Shown here piece after piece: positions 17,904-28,800 of a DNA stretch of 64,000 nt. The number at the start of each line of letters is the position of its first letter. The stretch's first letter is position 1. Position numbers and translations under genes: made by a program. The DNA is from a virus. Below the pieces are notes generated by a model. The model searched no databases, was not told where the DNA came from, and was given only the letters and a program-made list of their open reading frames with translations. The DNA lies in the IMG/VR virus record IMGVR_UViG_3300020198_000002, positions 1-64,000 of that record; one strand, 5' to 3'.

Positions 17904-18920
17904 ATGGCTAAACAGGGTATAATTACTGGGACTACTCCAAATGATGGCACAGGAGATACTTTACTTGCTGCTACTTTAAAAATAAACTCTAATTTTGGTG
18001 AATTATATAATATTTTTGGTGATGGAACCAATTTAGTAAGTTTTGTCTCGTTTGCTAGTACTGCTGGTTATTCTACTGCTTGTGGAGTTGCATCTACGTC
18101 TACTTATGCCCAAATTTCCAGATTTGTTTCTACCGAAGTAAGTATCAATAGTACTGGAGTTTCTACTTTTTCATATTCCGATACTGGTGGAATTATAATT
18201 GAAAAATCTGGAGTACCAGCAAACACTCCATTTCAAGTTGGATTTGCTGGTACTATGCTTCGTGTTGAGAAATCTAAGGTTGGTATAGGTACGTCTGTTC
18301 CAACTTCTCAACTTGAAGTGGTCTCTTTTGATCCAGAATTACCAGTATTGCAAATAGTTCCAAAAAGCAATGGTCATGCAATAAGAGTTTCCAATAAACC
18401 CGTAGTATCTGCAAACAGTTTTGTAGTTACTAATGATGGTAAAGTAGGAGTTGCTTCTACTGCTCCTGGTTCTAAATTGACAGTTATTGGCGATATTTCC
18501 ATAACTGGCATTTCAACATTTACTGGTGTAACACACTTTGACGGTTCGGTTACTGAAAAGGTGATTGGTAATTTTTCTAGTGCGTTAACAGCCATTGGTG
18601 GAACTCTGACGATAGATGTTTCTCAAGGAGCAGTAATTCTTGGTGGATTGACTACATCTGTTACAACATGGTCTTTTATAAACGTGAGTACTCTAAACAG
18701 CAAATCAACTACAGTAACAATAATAAATGATGCCGGCACTAGTTCCACATATGGAGATGTTTGTCGTGTTAATGGATCGTTGATATCTGGTGGAATACGA
18801 TGGGTCGGAGGCAATCCCCCACCAGCAACAAATCAAGAAGATATTTTGACTTTTAGTATTATTCGAGATTCCACTGGCGAAGCAAGAGTTTACTGTAATA
18901 GTTCGCTTAATATTAGTTGA
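17904..18920 (+). CDS. short fibre / baseplate connector with T4 gp9/gp10-like N-terminus
   Basis: MAKQGIITGTTPNDGTGDTL.....KINSNFGELY; VGIGTS.P...L.V fibre repeats; C-terminal W.GG.PP......DILTF domain. Confidence 0.75.
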   Translation: MAKQGIITGTTPNDGTGDTLLAATLKINSNFGELYNIFGDGTNLVSFVSFASTAGYSTACGVASTSTYAQISRFVSTEVSINSTGVSTFSYSDTGGIIIEKSGVPANTPFQVGFAGTMLRVEKSKVGIGTSVPTSQLEVVSFDPELPVLQIVPKSNGHAIRVSNKPVVSANSFVVTNDGKVGVASTAPGSKLTVIGDISITGISTFTGVTHFDGSVTEKVIGNFSSALTAIGGTLTIDVSQGAVILGGLTTSVTTWSFINVSTLNSKSTTVTIINDAGTSSTYGDVCRVNGSLISGGIRWVGGNPPPATNQEDILTFSIIRDSTGEARVYCNSSLNIS

Positions 18921-18931
18921 GGATCCTCTAG

Positions 18932-21900
18932 ATGCCCACAAGATTTACTCCAGGTGCAGGTGCTGTTCTGAGACCCTTTTTTGATTCTACTTATGGTGTT
19001 GAAAGGATAGAAGTTGTTTTTGGTGGTTCTGGATATGCGAAAACCGATCCACCAAAGGTACAGATATTTGGCACACAAACACCAATAACTGAAGGTGTTT
19101 TTTATCCAGTTATCAGTGGTGTTGGTACTATAAAATCTGTAGTTATTTTTAAGTCTGGAGAAGGGTATTATCCAGTTTTTTCGACTACTACTGGTGGCCA
19201 AGTTTATGTTGATAGGGGAGTTTTTGGTACAACTGCAGGAGTACATACTACTGGGATTCAAAGTGTTTTTAACGGAGATTTCAATATTGTTGATGATAAC
19301 ATTTATTTTGCTTCTGCACCATATGGTAAAAGTGGACCCGTTGGTCTAGAAACTGGATCTAACTTTACTGGAAGAATTTTTTCTAGAAAAATTGATCCAT
19401 TAAAGACTCAAGATAAAAATTTAATTTTAGATGACATATCCTTAGAATTTACTGGTCTGGCCGGCACTCAATTTAAATTGACAGAAAATTTTAACAAAGT
19501 TGACGCATTATTCAATAATGTCAATTCTGGATCTGACATCAATAATAATCCATTTATTTTAATTAATAATGTAAGTCAGACTCCAGGACTTGATTTTGAA
19601 ATTGTAAATTCTACTGAAAATAATATTAATTTTCTAAGTGGAGTACCTAGAGCTGGAAGAATAACAAAAGTCGGATTGCAAACTGGTTCTGGATATTATA
19701 CTCAACTAAAAGCGTCAGGAACCATCGGTGTAAGCACCACAGGGACGTTATCATCAGTAAACCTTACTGGACCAGGAGCCGGGTACAGAAGTGCCCCAGA
19801 GGTCATTGTGAGGGGATCTCATGGATCTGGTGGACTTGTAACCGCGTTCTTGGGAACACTAGATCCCACCGTCTATAATATTTCCACTGCAGTTTACAAT
19901 AGACATGTTGGAATTGTAACTTTTACTACTTCGACAGCACACAATTACAAAGTTAATCAAAGAGTCAGAGTCGTTGGAGCGGGATTTACTTTTCCTGCAC
20001 TTTCCGCAGTAAGAAATGTAAACACATTTGCATACAATCCAGTCAGTGGAATTGCAAGTATAACTGTTTATGGTGGACATTATATTGGTACAGCAACTAA
20101 TCGATCCAGAAATCTATTAGTAAAATCTATAGAAGTAACTGATGGTATATCTACTTTTCTTCTTAGAGAAGATGCATATCCAATAATTTCGGTTGGATCT
20201 ACAAATAATGTAGAAATTAATATTGGAATTGGAACTACCTCATTAAGTTACGTTGCCGGTGGGCTAGTTCAGGCTGGTGTCGATACTGCTATTTTGGAGG
20301 GAGCGGACGTAGTTGGATTTGATATTCTTGGTGTAACTACTAACACCTTCAAAGTTTTTGTTGGACTATCTACATTCGATCACACATATACTTCTGGTGG
20401 AAAGGTCCAAAGAAATGAAGTTGGCATTGTTACTGGATTGCAAATTATAAATGCAGGTCAAAATTATTATACATCCCACAACGTTGCTTATGTTGATTAT
20501 GAACCAGTAACTGGAGTAACTACAATAACTGGATATGGAAAAAAACTCGGAATAACAACAACAATTGCAAATGTTTTTTATACCCCATCTACTGGTATTG
20601 CCACTATTCAGGGGACAAATGTCCATGGGTTGTCCATAAATGATATTGTTAAATTATCTGGAATTGGATTTAGTACTATAAATGGAAACATTACATTTCC
20701 ATACACTTCCGATGCATTTTTTGCGGTAAAATCAATTCCAAGTACATTAGATTTTTCTGTCAATATTGGTATTTCCACCATTGGGGTACATACTCATCAA
20801 ATGAGTACCGGCACATTTACTTTATACGAGGGACATGGATTAAAAACCGATGATTTTGCGGTGGTTTCTGGAATAGCCATGACCACAAATTATTGGCCAC
20901 CAATTGATATAGGAAACGTTACGTATGATCATGTTACTGGTATAGCAACTATCACCACCAATTCTAATCATTATTTGGAAGAACGAGATTTTGTTATTCT
21001 TAGTGGTATTGCTATGACTTGCGGATATGATAATGGTGTAGGCATACTTACTTTCCCGAGAACTACGGATCCTGCATATAATGGAGTTTTTGTTACTAAT
21101 GTTGGTACGTCTACAGTATTCACTGCTAATGTAGGACCATCAACAACCCCACACACATATAATTCTGGCGGAACAATCCAACATGCGATAAGATATCCAT
21201 TGCCCTACATGCAAGGATTTGATTTAATTTCACGACAATTTGGAGATGGATTTTATATCTTAGAAGTATATGATCAAGCTAGATTCAGAGTGTCCTCTGG
21301 ACTGATTACCTCTAGATATAATTACAATAGAGGGGGAACTATAGAAAAACCAATTTCTTTGGAAATTGTGGATCCAGATCCCTATTATAATATGAATTTA
21401 GAGTATGTATCTGGTTCTACTGGAATTGGAACAACGGGAATCGGAACTGGGGCTAAAGCAAACTTTTCAATTAATGTTGATGGTGATATCGGAGTTTTTG
21501 ATGTAATTGAGGAGGGGTTGGCATATAAAGTTGGAGATAGACTAACAGTATCTGGTATATGCACAGATGTTACAGTTGGTATAGTAACCCAATTTGAATT
21601 ATCCGTTTTGGAAATTGCAAATGATAAATTTTTTGGATTTTATCCAGGTCAATTTATATTGTTTGATGATATTTCAAAATTTTTCAATGGAATTCGCAAA
21701 AAGTTTACTCTTTCTGTTACTACTGGTGGAGTGGTTTCTATTTTAAGTTTAAAAACAGAACCTGGTTCCGACTTGGATGTTACAAATAATATGTTCATTT
21801 ATATTAATGATATATTGCAAACTCCAAATATTTCATATTCTTTTAGAGGAAGTAGAATTATATTCACTGAAGCTCCAAAATCAGATTCCAAGTGTTCCGT

Positions 21901-24178
21901 CTTTTATTATAGAGGATCTGATGCTGATGTTGAGTTAATTGAACCAATTCCGACAGTGAAACCAGGAGATATTGTACAGATAAAAGAAAACCGATTAGAT
22001 ATTTTCGATAGAGACCAATTTCCAAGAACTACAAAAAGAATTGTTGCTTCCGATGTAATGGAGACATTTACTTACGACAGCGTAGGTATTGATACAAATC
22101 AAGACAATGAGAGACCATTATCTTGGGAAAAACAGAAAGTAGATAAAATCTTAAATGGCGTATATTTCTCAAAAGCAAGAGATATTAATAAATGCAAAGT
22201 ATCTCCAGCAACATTCCCGATAAAAAATATTGGACCTACTGATTCAGAAATATATGTTGCAAATGCATTTCCAGTCTTCAGTGAAGTTGACTTGTTGGTA
22301 GAGTCCGAACGGCATCTGAGGATATTTGAAAATAGAGATATATCTCCTGCACTTGTTACTTCTGTTGTTTCTGCTTCCTCAAGTATATCTTCACTAGGTA
22401 TTACATCTTCTGGATCGGGTTATCTAAATTTAACAAATCCTGTTGTTTCAATATCTGCATCAAAACTTACTAAAAAAGATCCAATCAAAAACTGGAAATT
22501 TGATGTTATTACATCTATTTCTACTTCAATAACTTTAAAAGGAATAACCAGATCTATTCCCGTTGTTGCTGTTGGAAGTAGCAGTCAATATATCAACACA
22601 TTGAGCGGAACTTTCTGGGAAAGAGGTAAAATTGGATTTGGGGATACAATAACATTCAATGCAATTGAAGTCGGATCTGATGGTAGGACTCTATTGACGG
22701 TTGGAGAATATGGAAAAGCAGCTAAAGCAGTATCTTATGGAACTACAATTTCTTCTTGGACTCCAGTTTCTCTTAAAGAAGAAAGACAGATTCCAGCAAT
22801 TGGAGTAAATGTAGTTTACGATTCTAATTATGTTGGAACTTTTAATGATGTTGTATATGAACCAATTCTTTCTACTTGGGTAGCTGTAGGTGCAGGAGGA
22901 AGTATATTTAATGGAGTGGGGATTGGTACAACCACACTATTCAGCCAGTTCTCGGGAACTATTCAAAGTTTGAATTCAATTGTTTATGCACAGGGAACGT
23001 ATATCGCAGTCGGAAATGGTGGTGTAATTATTAGTTCTGTTACAAGTAGATTTTGGGAACCAAAAATAAGCAATACTCCACAAAACCTTAGAGATGTGAT
23101 CTATGACGGAAATAGATTTATAGCCGTTGGTGATTCTGGAACGATTATCATATCTTCTGATAGAGATTATTGGCAACCCTTTAGTGAACAAAATTATAAC
23201 ATTGCACTAAATCCAGCAACATTTTCTTTTAGGAAAATTAGATTCGTAAATGGAATTTACATTGCTTTAAGTGATGTCGGCGTTCTATACTATTCGTTAG
23301 ATCTTCTCAATTGGATACCTAGATCAACCATTCAAAATAATCCAGTAAATGATTTGCTTTTCTCTCCATTTGGTTTGGAGGGCAGATTTATTGCGGTTGG
23401 TGGAGCCGGTACGGTTTTCTACTCGGAACCAATTTACAATAGAGCAACAGCGACATCCTCAGTTACAAATGGGATTGTTACCTCTATCAGTATTACTAAT
23501 GGTGGATTTGGATATCAATTATATTCTTCTCCACCAGTTCTCGTTGAATCAGATAAGACGGTAGAAGAGAAAATTTATTCATATAAAACAAAGGGAGATT
23601 TCGGAACAATAGTTGGGGTAAATACTCAGATTCCAGGCCAATCTGTCAATGGACTTGCTCCTAGATTGGAATTCCAACTTAAATCTGAATTTAATGATAA
23701 TACTAATCTTGGGTATGGATATTCATCTCTGAATGTTTTTGGAATCAATCATAGTCAACTACAAATTGGAGATTATTTTATAATCTATGACAGTCCAGTA
23801 AAAGTTGGACATGCTTTAACTGGAATCAGCACTCATGTTGGTGGATTAACAAATTATCCAACAAATAAAGTTGGAATTGCATATTCAACAATAGATGGAT
23901 TGTACAGAGTAGATGCAGTCACGACTGCAGATCAAATTAGTGGAATTGTAACAGTAACCTGTTCGTTCTTACCAGCACCAAATAGTAATAGTCAAATTCG
24001 GGTTGGAGTTGGAACTACGGCTTTAACAAAATATTATGGTAAATACTCCTGGGGTTTGATTTATGACTATCAAAATAGAGCTTCATTTAGTCCCAAACAA
24101 TTCCTAGTTAATCCAGATAATGGTTTAGTTGGTTTTGCCACAGCTCCATTGATTACCAGAACTAAACCCCTAACTTAA
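18932..24178 (+). CDS. large baseplate/virion structural protein (1748 aa), probable C-terminal part of the gp7-like giant
   Basis: LDDIS..F.G....F.L motifs, GSGY repeats, beta-propeller-like AVG..G.I repeats, ends YGKYSWG...P...R..PL; directly upstream of gp8. Confidence 0.75.
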   Translation: MPTRFTPGAGAVLRPFFDSTYGVERIEVVFGGSGYAKTDPPKVQIFGTQTPITEGVFYPVISGVGTIKSVVIFKSGEGYYPVFSTTTGGQVYVDRGVFGTTAGVHTTGIQSVFNGDFNIVDDNIYFASAPYGKSGPVGLETGSNFTGRIFSRKIDPLKTQDKNLILDDISLEFTGLAGTQFKLTENFNKVDALFNNVNSGSDINNNPFILINNVSQTPGLDFEIVNSTENNINFLSGVPRAGRITKVGLQTGSGYYTQLKASGTIGVSTTGTLSSVNLTGPGAGYRSAPEVIVRGSHGSGGLVTAFLGTLDPTVYNISTAVYNRHVGIVTFTTSTAHNYKVNQRVRVVGAGFTFPALSAVRNVNTFAYNPVSGIASITVYGGHYIGTATNRSRNLLVKSIEVTDGISTFLLREDAYPIISVGSTNNVEINIGIGTTSLSYVAGGLVQAGVDTAILEGADVVGFDILGVTTNTFKVFVGLSTFDHTYTSGGKVQRNEVGIVTGLQIINAGQNYYTSHNVAYVDYEPVTGVTTITGYGKKLGITTTIANVFYTPSTGIATIQGTNVHGLSINDIVKLSGIGFSTINGNITFPYTSDAFFAVKSIPSTLDFSVNIGISTIGVHTHQMSTGTFTLYEGHGLKTDDFAVVSGIAMTTNYWPPIDIGNVTYDHVTGIATITTNSNHYLEERDFVILSGIAMTCGYDNGVGILTFPRTTDPAYNGVFVTNVGTSTVFTANVGPSTTPHTYNSGGTIQHAIRYPLPYMQGFDLISRQFGDGFYILEVYDQARFRVSSGLITSRYNYNRGGTIEKPISLEIVDPDPYYNMNLEYVSGSTGIGTTGIGTGAKANFSINVDGDIGVFDVIEEGLAYKVGDRLTVSGICTDVTVGIVTQFELSVLEIANDKFFGFYPGQFILFDDISKFFNGIRKKFTLSVTTGGVVSILSLKTEPGSDLDVTNNMFIYINDILQTPNISYSFRGSRIIFTEAPKSDSKCSVFYYRGSDADVELIEPIPTVKPGDIVQIKENRLDIFDRDQFPRTTKRIVASDVMETFTYDSVGIDTNQDNERPLSWEKQKVDKILNGVYFSKARDINKCKVSPATFPIKNIGPTDSEIYVANAFPVFSEVDLLVESERHLRIFENRDISPALVTSVVSASSSISSLGITSSGSGYLNLTNPVVSISASKLTKKDPIKNWKFDVITSISTSITLKGITRSIPVVAVGSSSQYINTLSGTFWERGKIGFGDTITFNAIEVGSDGRTLLTVGEYGKAAKAVSYGTTISSWTPVSLKEERQIPAIGVNVVYDSNYVGTFNDVVYEPILSTWVAVGAGGSIFNGVGIGTTTLFSQFSGTIQSLNSIVYAQGTYIAVGNGGVIISSVTSRFWEPKISNTPQNLRDVIYDGNRFIAVGDSGTIIISSDRDYWQPFSEQNYNIALNPATFSFRKIRFVNGIYIALSDVGVLYYSLDLLNWIPRSTIQNNPVNDLLFSPFGLEGRFIAVGGAGTVFYSEPIYNRATATSSVTNGIVTSISITNGGFGYQLYSSPPVLVESDKTVEEKIYSYKTKGDFGTIVGVNTQIPGQSVNGLAPRLEFQLKSEFNDNTNLGYGYSSLNVFGINHSQLQIGDYFIIYDSPVKVGHALTGISTHVGGLTNYPTNKVGIAYSTIDGLYRVDAVTTADQISGIVTVTCSFLPAPNSNSQIRVGVGTTALTKYYGKYSWGLIYDYQNRASFSPKQFLVNPDNGLVGFATAPLITRTKPLT

Positions 24179-24210
24179 CCTTCATAAATATAAAAAAAAC
24201 TAGCTTTAAA

Positions 24211-25806
24211 ATGCCTGCTATTATATCAGATCAATTTAGAATATTAAACGCTGAAACTTTCGTAAGAAGTTTTGTTGGTATTGGGTCTACAGTAAACAAA
24301 TATTATTCTTTCATTGGCTTGCCTGGATCTACAAATCCAAAAGCTGGTGGAACTCCCGATTGGAATTCCAATACACCTGCACCCCTAGACGGATTTAAAG
24401 AAGAATATGAGGTGAAGGAATCTGTTATTGCAATGAAAAAAATAACGGATAGGGACGTTAGACGACTTGTTCGAAAAGTCCAATGGACTGCTGGACAAAC
24501 ATATGAAATGTACAGGCATGATTACAATATTTACAATTTGACTCCTCTTACAAATCAAGCTAGTTTATATGAAGCATATTTTTATGTTATAAATGAAGAC
24601 CTTAGAGTTTATATTTGTCTCCAAAATGGATCAGATCCAGAAAATCCAAAAGGTAGGCCATCATATGACCAACCCACATTTATTGACCTTGAACCAAGAG
24701 CAGCTGGTACAAGTGGCGATGGTTACATTTGGAAATATCTTTATACGATTAAACCATCGGAAGTAGTTAAGTTCGATTCCATCGAATATATACCAGTTCC
24801 AGAAAATTGGGGGTATGAGGGGGAATCTATAGCCACAAGAGGCAATGCAATAGATGGTAGAATTGAAGTAGTAGTTATTAATAATAGAGGCAGTAGTTAT
24901 CAACCAATTTCTACATCTTTTGCAAATGTTCCTATTTTGGGAGATGGTACTGGAGGAAAAGCAACTATAACCATTGACTCGTTTGGAAAAATTTCCGAAG
25001 TTTTTGTTACTGATGGCGGCATTGGATATTCTCATGGCAGTATTCAATTTTTTCCTGGAGCCCCAGGAACTGAACAAGGGGGTCCATTAGAAAACCTAAC
25101 AAACACAGGCATCGGTACAACTGCTAGAGCTATATTTGATGTTATTATTCCACCCAAAGGTGGACATGGTGCTGATATTTACAGAGAACTTGGTTCATAT
25201 CGAGTATTACTCTATTCTAGATTCGAAACCTTGGACACAAATCCAGATGTCATTGAAGGTAATGATTTTGCTAGAATCGGAGTCATAAAAAATCCCACTG
25301 TTTTTGGTAGTACATATGAATTACTTGATTCTTCTGTTGTTAGTGGATTGAAGGCATTGAAACTGGTTGGATTAGCAACAGAGACTACTTACGCTGTGGA
25401 TGCAGTTATTAAACAAACTGTTGGGGTTGGATCTACCGCGATTGGTATTGTAGCTTCTTGGGACAAAAAAACCAATGTCCTCAAATACTATCAACCCATG
25501 GGACTTGCATCAAGTGAGAGTGGTTATAAAATTATCCCATTTACATCAACACCAGAGACTGGTTATGGATTAACAGTTAGTTGTTCTTCCATCATTGGCC
25601 CAGTATTGCAAATTAATAACAATTTCAACGGGGTCACTACGTCAATAAATAACACAACATACCAGTTGGGAATGAACTTTGTTGCTGGAATAGCTTCCGC
25701 TGAATACAACACTAAATCTGGAGAAATAATCTACATAGATAATAGGATTGCAATTCCAAGATCCTCAAGCCAAAAAGAAGATATTAAGATTGTACTGGAG
25801 TTCTAA
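24211..25806 (+). CDS. gp8: baseplate wedge subunit gp8
   Basis: MPAIISDQFRILNA, W..G..Y.MYRHDY, VYICL.NG, DGYIWKYLYTI, SGEIIYIDNR..I.R...QKEDIKIVLEF; CATAAATA at 24183. Confidence 0.93.
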   Translation: MPAIISDQFRILNAETFVRSFVGIGSTVNKYYSFIGLPGSTNPKAGGTPDWNSNTPAPLDGFKEEYEVKESVIAMKKITDRDVRRLVRKVQWTAGQTYEMYRHDYNIYNLTPLTNQASLYEAYFYVINEDLRVYICLQNGSDPENPKGRPSYDQPTFIDLEPRAAGTSGDGYIWKYLYTIKPSEVVKFDSIEYIPVPENWGYEGESIATRGNAIDGRIEVVVINNRGSSYQPISTSFANVPILGDGTGGKATITIDSFGKISEVFVTDGGIGYSHGSIQFFPGAPGTEQGGPLENLTNTGIGTTARAIFDVIIPPKGGHGADIYRELGSYRVLLYSRFETLDTNPDVIEGNDFARIGVIKNPTVFGSTYELLDSSVVSGLKALKLVGLATETTYAVDAVIKQTVGVGSTAIGIVASWDKKTNVLKYYQPMGLASSESGYKIIPFTSTPETGYGLTVSCSSIIGPVLQINNNFNGVTTSINNTTYQLGMNFVAGIASAEYNTKSGEIIYIDNRIAIPRSSSQKEDIKIVLEF

Positions 25807-25812
25807 ACTAAA

Positions 25813-28800
25813 ATGCCGCAAAATACTAATCTAAATGCATCTCCATATTTTGATGATTTTAAGGAAGATAAAAATTATCAAAGAGTTCTTTTTAAACCAG
25901 GATTCCCAATCCAAGCAAGAGAATTAACAACTTTACAGTCTATACTTCAAAATCAAATAGAAAAATTTGGGAAACATTTTTTCAAAGAAGGATCTGTAGT
26001 AGTTCCTGGACAACTTGCTTATGATTCTGACTATACTTGTGTTCTAATTGATGAAACCCATCTTGGGATACCAGTATCAATTTATCTCGATGCATTGATA
26101 GGAAAAACTATCAAAGGAGAAACAAGTGGTGTAACGGCAAAAGTAGAAAATTATATTACAAATTCGGAATCCGAATTAAAGAGTTATACATTGTATGTAA
26201 AATATCAAAGTTCTAGTGATACAGATTTTGCTAGACAAAAGTTTGTAGATGGGGAAAATCTAATAACTTTAGATGAAATTGAATATTCAATATCCAACAT
26301 TAGATCGGGATCTACATTTGCAACTACTCTAATTGCAAATTCAACAAGAACTGGTTCTGCTGCTAAAATTGCAGATGGAGTATATTTTATTAGAGGGTTT
26401 TTTGTAAATGTTCAAGCGCAGACTGTAATCCTCGATCAATATTCAAATAAACCAAGTTATAGAGTTGGACTTGTAGTTTCGGAAGAAATTACCACGGCTT
26501 CTTCAGAGTACAACGACTTGTTCGATAATGCAAAGGGATTTTCTAACTTTGCTGCGCCTGGAGCCGATAGATTTAAACTCTCTACGCAATTAGTAAAAAA
26601 ATCTTTGAATGATTTTAATGATGAAGATTTTATTGAATTGATTAGAGTTGAGAACGGGATACTTTCAAAATTCGTAAAAACAAGTAATTATAATTTAATT
26701 AGAGATGAACTGGCTAGAAGAACATACGATGAATCTGGAGATTATTACGTAAAACCTTTCACAATTAGTGTGAAAGAATCACTAAATGATAGACAAGGAA
26801 ATCATGGAGTTTATTTTGAGAATCAGAAAACTTTAAGTGGAAATACTCCATCTGATGATTTACTAACATTATCAATAAGCCCTGGGAAAGCATATGTAAG
26901 GGGCTATGAAATTGAAACTATTAATACTTCAAATGTAGATATACCGAAAACTAGAGAACCAGAAAATCAAGAAAATGAATCAATTCAATTTAGCCTAGGA
27001 AGACAAATTGAATTAAATAACGTTTATGGATCAGCTCCTGTTGGATTTGGAACTACTTCCCATGTAAGATTATTTGATAAAAGAACAGAAACTCCTGGCA
27101 CTCCATCTGGAATTCAAGTTGGAATTGCTAGATTATATGATTTAAAATTAAAAAACTCAGAATATCTTAATGCCACAACAAAATTTGAAGCGTCACTGTA
27201 TGATATTCAAACATTTACGTATCTGGAAATAAACACCCATATGCTCCTTCCCACTCCAGCTTTTGTTGAGGGTAGGAGTAGTAATGCATCTGGATTTTTA
27301 TATCAAACTGTGAATGATGTTCGTCAGATGATTCTTTACCAGTCTTCTGGAACTTTTCAAGTCGGTGAAGAAATTTTAGTTAATGGTGAAGATATTTCTA
27401 GAACAATTACTAGAGTATCTGATTATAGAATCTCTGATGTCCATCAAATATGTGGTATTGATGGAGTAAACTTTACTGGTGATCCAGTTTTAAATTCTTT
27501 AAAATTATTAGCACCAGCTGGCAGTCAATTCACAATCTCTGCATCTAGTGGTGGAGTGTCTACGGTAACTTCTCCAAATACATCTTTTTCGGTTGGAATA
27601 CAAACTGGAGATATTATTTCTTATAGTATACCTGGATCTTCTGTGCCTACTTTTAACAGGGTAAAAGAAGTAAATACGACCGCAAGATCATTGATTATTG
27701 AACCAACAACTTCAGTTACTGGAGTTTGTACAGGCGGACTTCCTGCAGCTGCTGGATTAACTGTAAATGACTTTGTAGTTGCCTCCACACAGGTAAACAA
27801 TGTAGGGGATGCATATTTATTCAGTGATTTGACTCGTAGAAATGTATCTAATACGAATTTATCATCATCTCAAATTGTAATTAGAAAATCATATGCTGTA
27901 ACCATATCATCTGGTGCTTTTAGTCAAGTTTTAGAAACCGATCCAAACCTAACTTTGGAACCTTTTGATGAAGAAGACTATACTGTATCATTTAATTCAA
28001 ACGGAGCGGTGGAATCGTTAAACAACCAGAAAGTATCTGTGAGTGGAAGAACAATTTCTTTACAGAATATAAGCCAAAATGGAGCTGCTACTCTCACAGT
28101 TACTTGGAGGAAAATTAATTTACGTCCTAAGAAAAAAGTATATCAAAGATGTAGTATTAGTGTTATAAACAAATCGAGTAAAAATGCTTCAGGAGTTTCT
28201 ACGAGTTCATTGAATGATGGACTTACTTTCTCTAATGAATATGGAACAAGAGTTCAAGATAAAAGGATTTCCCTTGGAATTTCTGATGTTGTTTCGGTTA
28301 TTGGCGTTTTTGAAGCATCAGGACCAAACGATCCACAACTACCAAAATTAGTTTTAGCAAATTTAAATTCTAATATTTTAAATTCCATTCGTGGAGAAAC
28401 TATTATCGGTCAAAATTCAGGGGCGGCCGCCTCTTTTGTTCTAACGAATGGTACTAATGAAATCGATTTTGTATATTTAAATGAAAATATATTTGAAATT
28501 AATGAGGTAGTTTCATTCCAGGAGTCAAAAATAACTGCAACAGTTTCATCATTCATACCTGGAGATAGAGATATTAAGAATAATTATGAGTTTGACCCAG
28601 GACAAACTAGAGAAATTGTAGATTGTTCTGCTATCGTTAGAAAGTCAACGGCATCCGCTGCTACTAGAAGATTGTCAATTGTTTATAATAATTATTATAT
28701 TGATCCTGCGGATCCTGGTGATTTTGTAGTTGTGAACTCTTACGATAAGGATCGTTATACGTATGATATGCCCAGAATCTCTGGACTTTCGGCTTCGGAT

